A DNA stretch of 60,743 nucleotides from Elusimicrobiales bacterium (lineage in GTDB: Bacteria; Elusimicrobiota; Elusimicrobia; Elusimicrobiales; UBA9959). Position numbers and translations under genes: made by a program. The stretch is taken from NCBI GenBank assembly GCA_038204165.1, contig JBBRDG010000005.1, positions 1 to 60,743 of the forward strand, written 5' to 3'. Below are positions 58,576 through 60,743 of the stretch, in pieces (positions within the stretch are counted from its first letter, which is position 1; the number at the start of each line of letters is the position of its first letter). The notes beneath the pieces were generated by a model. It saw only the letters and a list, made by a program, of their open reading frames with translations. It had not been told where the DNA came from and did no database searches.

Positions 58576-58576
58576 T

Positions 58577-59692
58577 ATGGCTAAAACCAGAATAATGGGC
58601 TTGATGAGCGGCACTTCCGCCGACGGACTTTCCATAGCGCTCTGCGGCGCCGATGGAAAAAAACTGGAAGTTCTTAAATTCTCCAATTATCCTTACCCGG
58701 CCGCGCTGCAGGCCAGGATCATAACAGCCAAGGATATGAAGGCGCCGGAGCTTTCCGCGCTGAACTTCGAGCTGGGCCGCCTGTGGGCCGGGATGGTCCG
58801 CAAGTTCTGCCGGTCACATAAGGTCCCATATAAGAGCATCGCCGTCATAGGTTCTCACGGCCAGACAGTATGGCACGCGCCTGGACGCAAAGGGCATACG
58901 CTGCAGGTGGGTGAGGCTTCCTTTATTGCCGAAGTGACCGGCCGCCCGGTGGTCTGCGACTTCCGCCCGGCCGATATGGCCGCCGGGGGGGAAGGTGCGC
59001 CGCTGATTCCTTTTATGGACGAGTACCTGTTCGGCGGCGGCTGCCCAACGGCGCTGCAGAACATAGGCGGGGTGGGCAACATAGCTTTCGTGGGTAAAGG
59101 CGTTAAAACCTTCGGTTTCGACACCGGCCCGGGGAATTCCCTGATGGATACCGCCATGGCAGAACTTTCGGGAGGAAAACTCTCCTACGACAAAGGCGGC
59201 GCCTGGGCCGCTGCCGGCGAACCCGACCTGCGCAAGGTTTACGGGCTGCTGGAGGCTCCGTTCTTTACGCGCCGCCCGCCCAAGTCACTCGACCGCAGCG
59301 AGTTCACTCTGGCTTTCATAAAGAAACATTTCTCCGGGAGTTTCAACGCGCGCCGCTCACGGGACCTGCTGGCTTCCTTGAACCTGTTCACCGCCGCCTC
59401 AATAGCGCTGGCTTTCAGGAATTTCGCGCCGCACAATACACGTGACCTGATAGTGAGCGGGGGCGGGGCGCTTAACCCCGTGCTGATGGACAATATAGCC
59501 GCGCTGCTGCTGCCGTCGGGCGTAAGGGTCCGCTCCTGCGCCGAGGTCGGCCTGCACCCGCTCGCCAAGGAGCCGGCCTGCTTCGCGCTGCTGGGGTGGC
59601 TGGCGCTGCAAGGCCGCTTTAATCACTGCCCTTCCGCCACCGGCGCCCGCGCTCCGCGCGTACTGGGTAAGATCCTCCCCGGACGTAACTGA
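58577..59692 (+). CDS. anmK: Anhydro-N-acetylmuramic acid kinase
   Basis: N-terminal GLMSGTSADGL, then GSHGQTVWH, NIGGVGN, DTGPGN. Length 371 aa. Confidence 0.88.
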   Translation: MAKTRIMGLMSGTSADGLSIALCGADGKKLEVLKFSNYPYPAALQARIITAKDMKAPELSALNFELGRLWAGMVRKFCRSHKVPYKSIAVIGSHGQTVWHAPGRKGHTLQVGEASFIAEVTGRPVVCDFRPADMAAGGEGAPLIPFMDEYLFGGGCPTALQNIGGVGNIAFVGKGVKTFGFDTGPGNSLMDTAMAELSGGKLSYDKGGAWAAAGEPDLRKVYGLLEAPFFTRRPPKSLDRSEFTLAFIKKHFSGSFNARRSRDLLASLNLFTAASIALAFRNFAPHNTRDLIVSGGGALNPVLMDNIAALLLPSGVRVRSCAEVGLHPLAKEPACFALLGWLALQGRFNHCPSATGARAPRVLGKILPGRN

Positions 59693-59724
59693 AGTTACGG
59701 ACAGGAAATCAGGCTTTAACTATT

Positions 59725-60743
59725 ATGACGCACCACGCCGAAGGTGATCTGGTTCCCACCAGGTTAACGCTTATATTGAGAGCTTTCAAGTACAGGAACT
59801 ACCGCCTTTTTTTCGGCGGGCAGGGGGTGTCTCTTATCGGCACCTGGATGCAGAGCGTGGCCATGAGCTGGCTGGTTTATCGGCTGACCGGCTCCGCGCT
59901 GCTGCTGGGGGTGGTAGGGTTCTGTTCGCAGATCCCGACCTTCGTCCTGTCCCCGCTGGCCGGCGTACTGGCGGACCGCGTCAATCGCTACCGCATTCTG
60001 CTGGTTACCCAGACCCTCGCCATGCTGCAGGCTTTCGTGCTGGCCTACCTGGTGCTTTCAGGCAAGATCCAGGTCTGGCATATCCTGGCGCTCAGCTCTT
60101 TCCTGGGACTGGTCAACTCTTTCGACATCCCCGCCCGGCAGTCCTTCGTGGTGCAGCTCGTTGAGAAGAAAGAGGACCTTGCCAACGCCATCGCCCTCAA
60201 CTCCTCTATGTTCAACGGCGCGCGCCTGATAGGACCGTCCGTAGCGGGCGTCCTGATAAGCGTGGTAGGGGAGGGGATGTGCTTCCTGCTTAACGGCGTC
60301 AGTTATCTGGCCGTACTCTGGGCCCTGTTGGCCATGAAAGTGCCCTCCGTCGGCAGTAAAGCCGTGGACGCCCCGGTGTTTAAGCGGCTAAAAGAAGGTT
60401 TCCTTTATACTTTTAACTATGCTCCTATTCGCTATATCCTCATGTTGCTGGCGCTGACCAGTCTTACCGGCATGCCGTATACCGTGTTGATGCCCGTTTT
60501 TATAAAGGAGATTTTGCACGGCGGACCCAGGGCTTTGGGTTTCTTAATGACCTGTTCCGGAGCTGGCGCACTTACCGCCGCGCTATTGCTGGCCTCGCGC
60601 AGGACTATCGAGGGCCTTGAGGCGCGGATCCCCCTGGCCGGCTTTATTTTCGGTACTGGCCTGATAGCTTTGTCGCTCTCTCGCAGTCTTCCGCTGGCCG
60701 CTTTTTCCATAGCTTTCGCCAGTTTCGGGATGATAAGCCAGAT
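59725..60743 (+). CDS. MFS transporter (MFS_3 / EntS-like), 3'-truncated by the window edge
   Basis: Not in the ORF track, because there is no stop before the window end. ATG 59725 opens MTHHAEGDLVPTRLTLILRAFKYRNYRLFFGGQGVSLIGTWMQSVAMSWLVYRLTGSALLLG...LADRVNRYRILL..., which continues without a stop to nt 60743. Confidence 0.8.
   Translation, partial: MTHHAEGDLVPTRLTLILRAFKYRNYRLFFGGQGVSLIGTWMQSVAMSWLVYRLTGSALLLGVVGFCSQIPTFVLSPLAGVLADRVNRYRILLVTQTLAMLQAFVLAYLVLSGKIQVWHILALSSFLGLVNSFDIPARQSFVVQLVEKKEDLANAIALNSSMFNGARLIGPSVAGVLISVVGEGMCFLLNGVSYLAVLWALLAMKVPSVGSKAVDAPVFKRLKEGFLYTFNYAPIRYILMLLALTSLTGMPYTVLMPVFIKEILHGGPRALGFLMTCSGAGALTAALLLASRRTIEGLEARIPLAGFIFGTGLIALSLSRSLPLAAFSIAFASFGMISQ

Overview
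High-GC (about 65-70% by hand counts) bacterial chromosomal segment from a diderm organism, shown by TolC-like and FadL-like outer-membrane proteins, an O-antigen-ligase-family protein and pseudopilin-like lipoproteins. It is mostly housekeeping and envelope genes: three cell-wall hydrolases (two Amidase_3-like, one C39-like/SH3b/NlpC-P60), nth, hrpB, ahcY, typA, an ABC-F ATPase, rlmI-like, cysE-cysK, a Nudix hydrolase and anmK. It also carries two MATE pumps, a TetR-controlled TolC/HlyD/ABC-2 (YbhGFSR-like) efflux operon, an ArsR-led thiol-redox/arsenic-type operon ending in arsC, two hybrid sensor kinases and two divergent tRNAs (Pro-TGG, Gln-CTG). I found no CRISPR array, rRNA, transposase, integrase, reverse transcriptase or recognisable multi-gene defence system. 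The most unusual signals are: (1) exact direct and inverted copies of the tRNA-Gln 3' end just downstream of tRNA-Gln, the inverted copy split by a perfect palindrome and the block lying between two terminators; (2) an adjacent 1.9-kb low-GC insertion with a GT-C glycosyltransferase, flanked by a 33-nt imperfect direct repeat that duplicates an extended -10 promoter; (3) a secreted Cys/Trp-rich tandem-repeat protein of no family I recognise, behind a 427-nt gap; (4) a roughly 115-nt three-way-junction structure in the typA leader; (5) a membrane-anchored metzincin split by a long coiled-coil insert, next to a Zn-phospholipase-C-like protein and an orphan 3-TM protein. All family calls come from motif reading by eye, and no database search was run.
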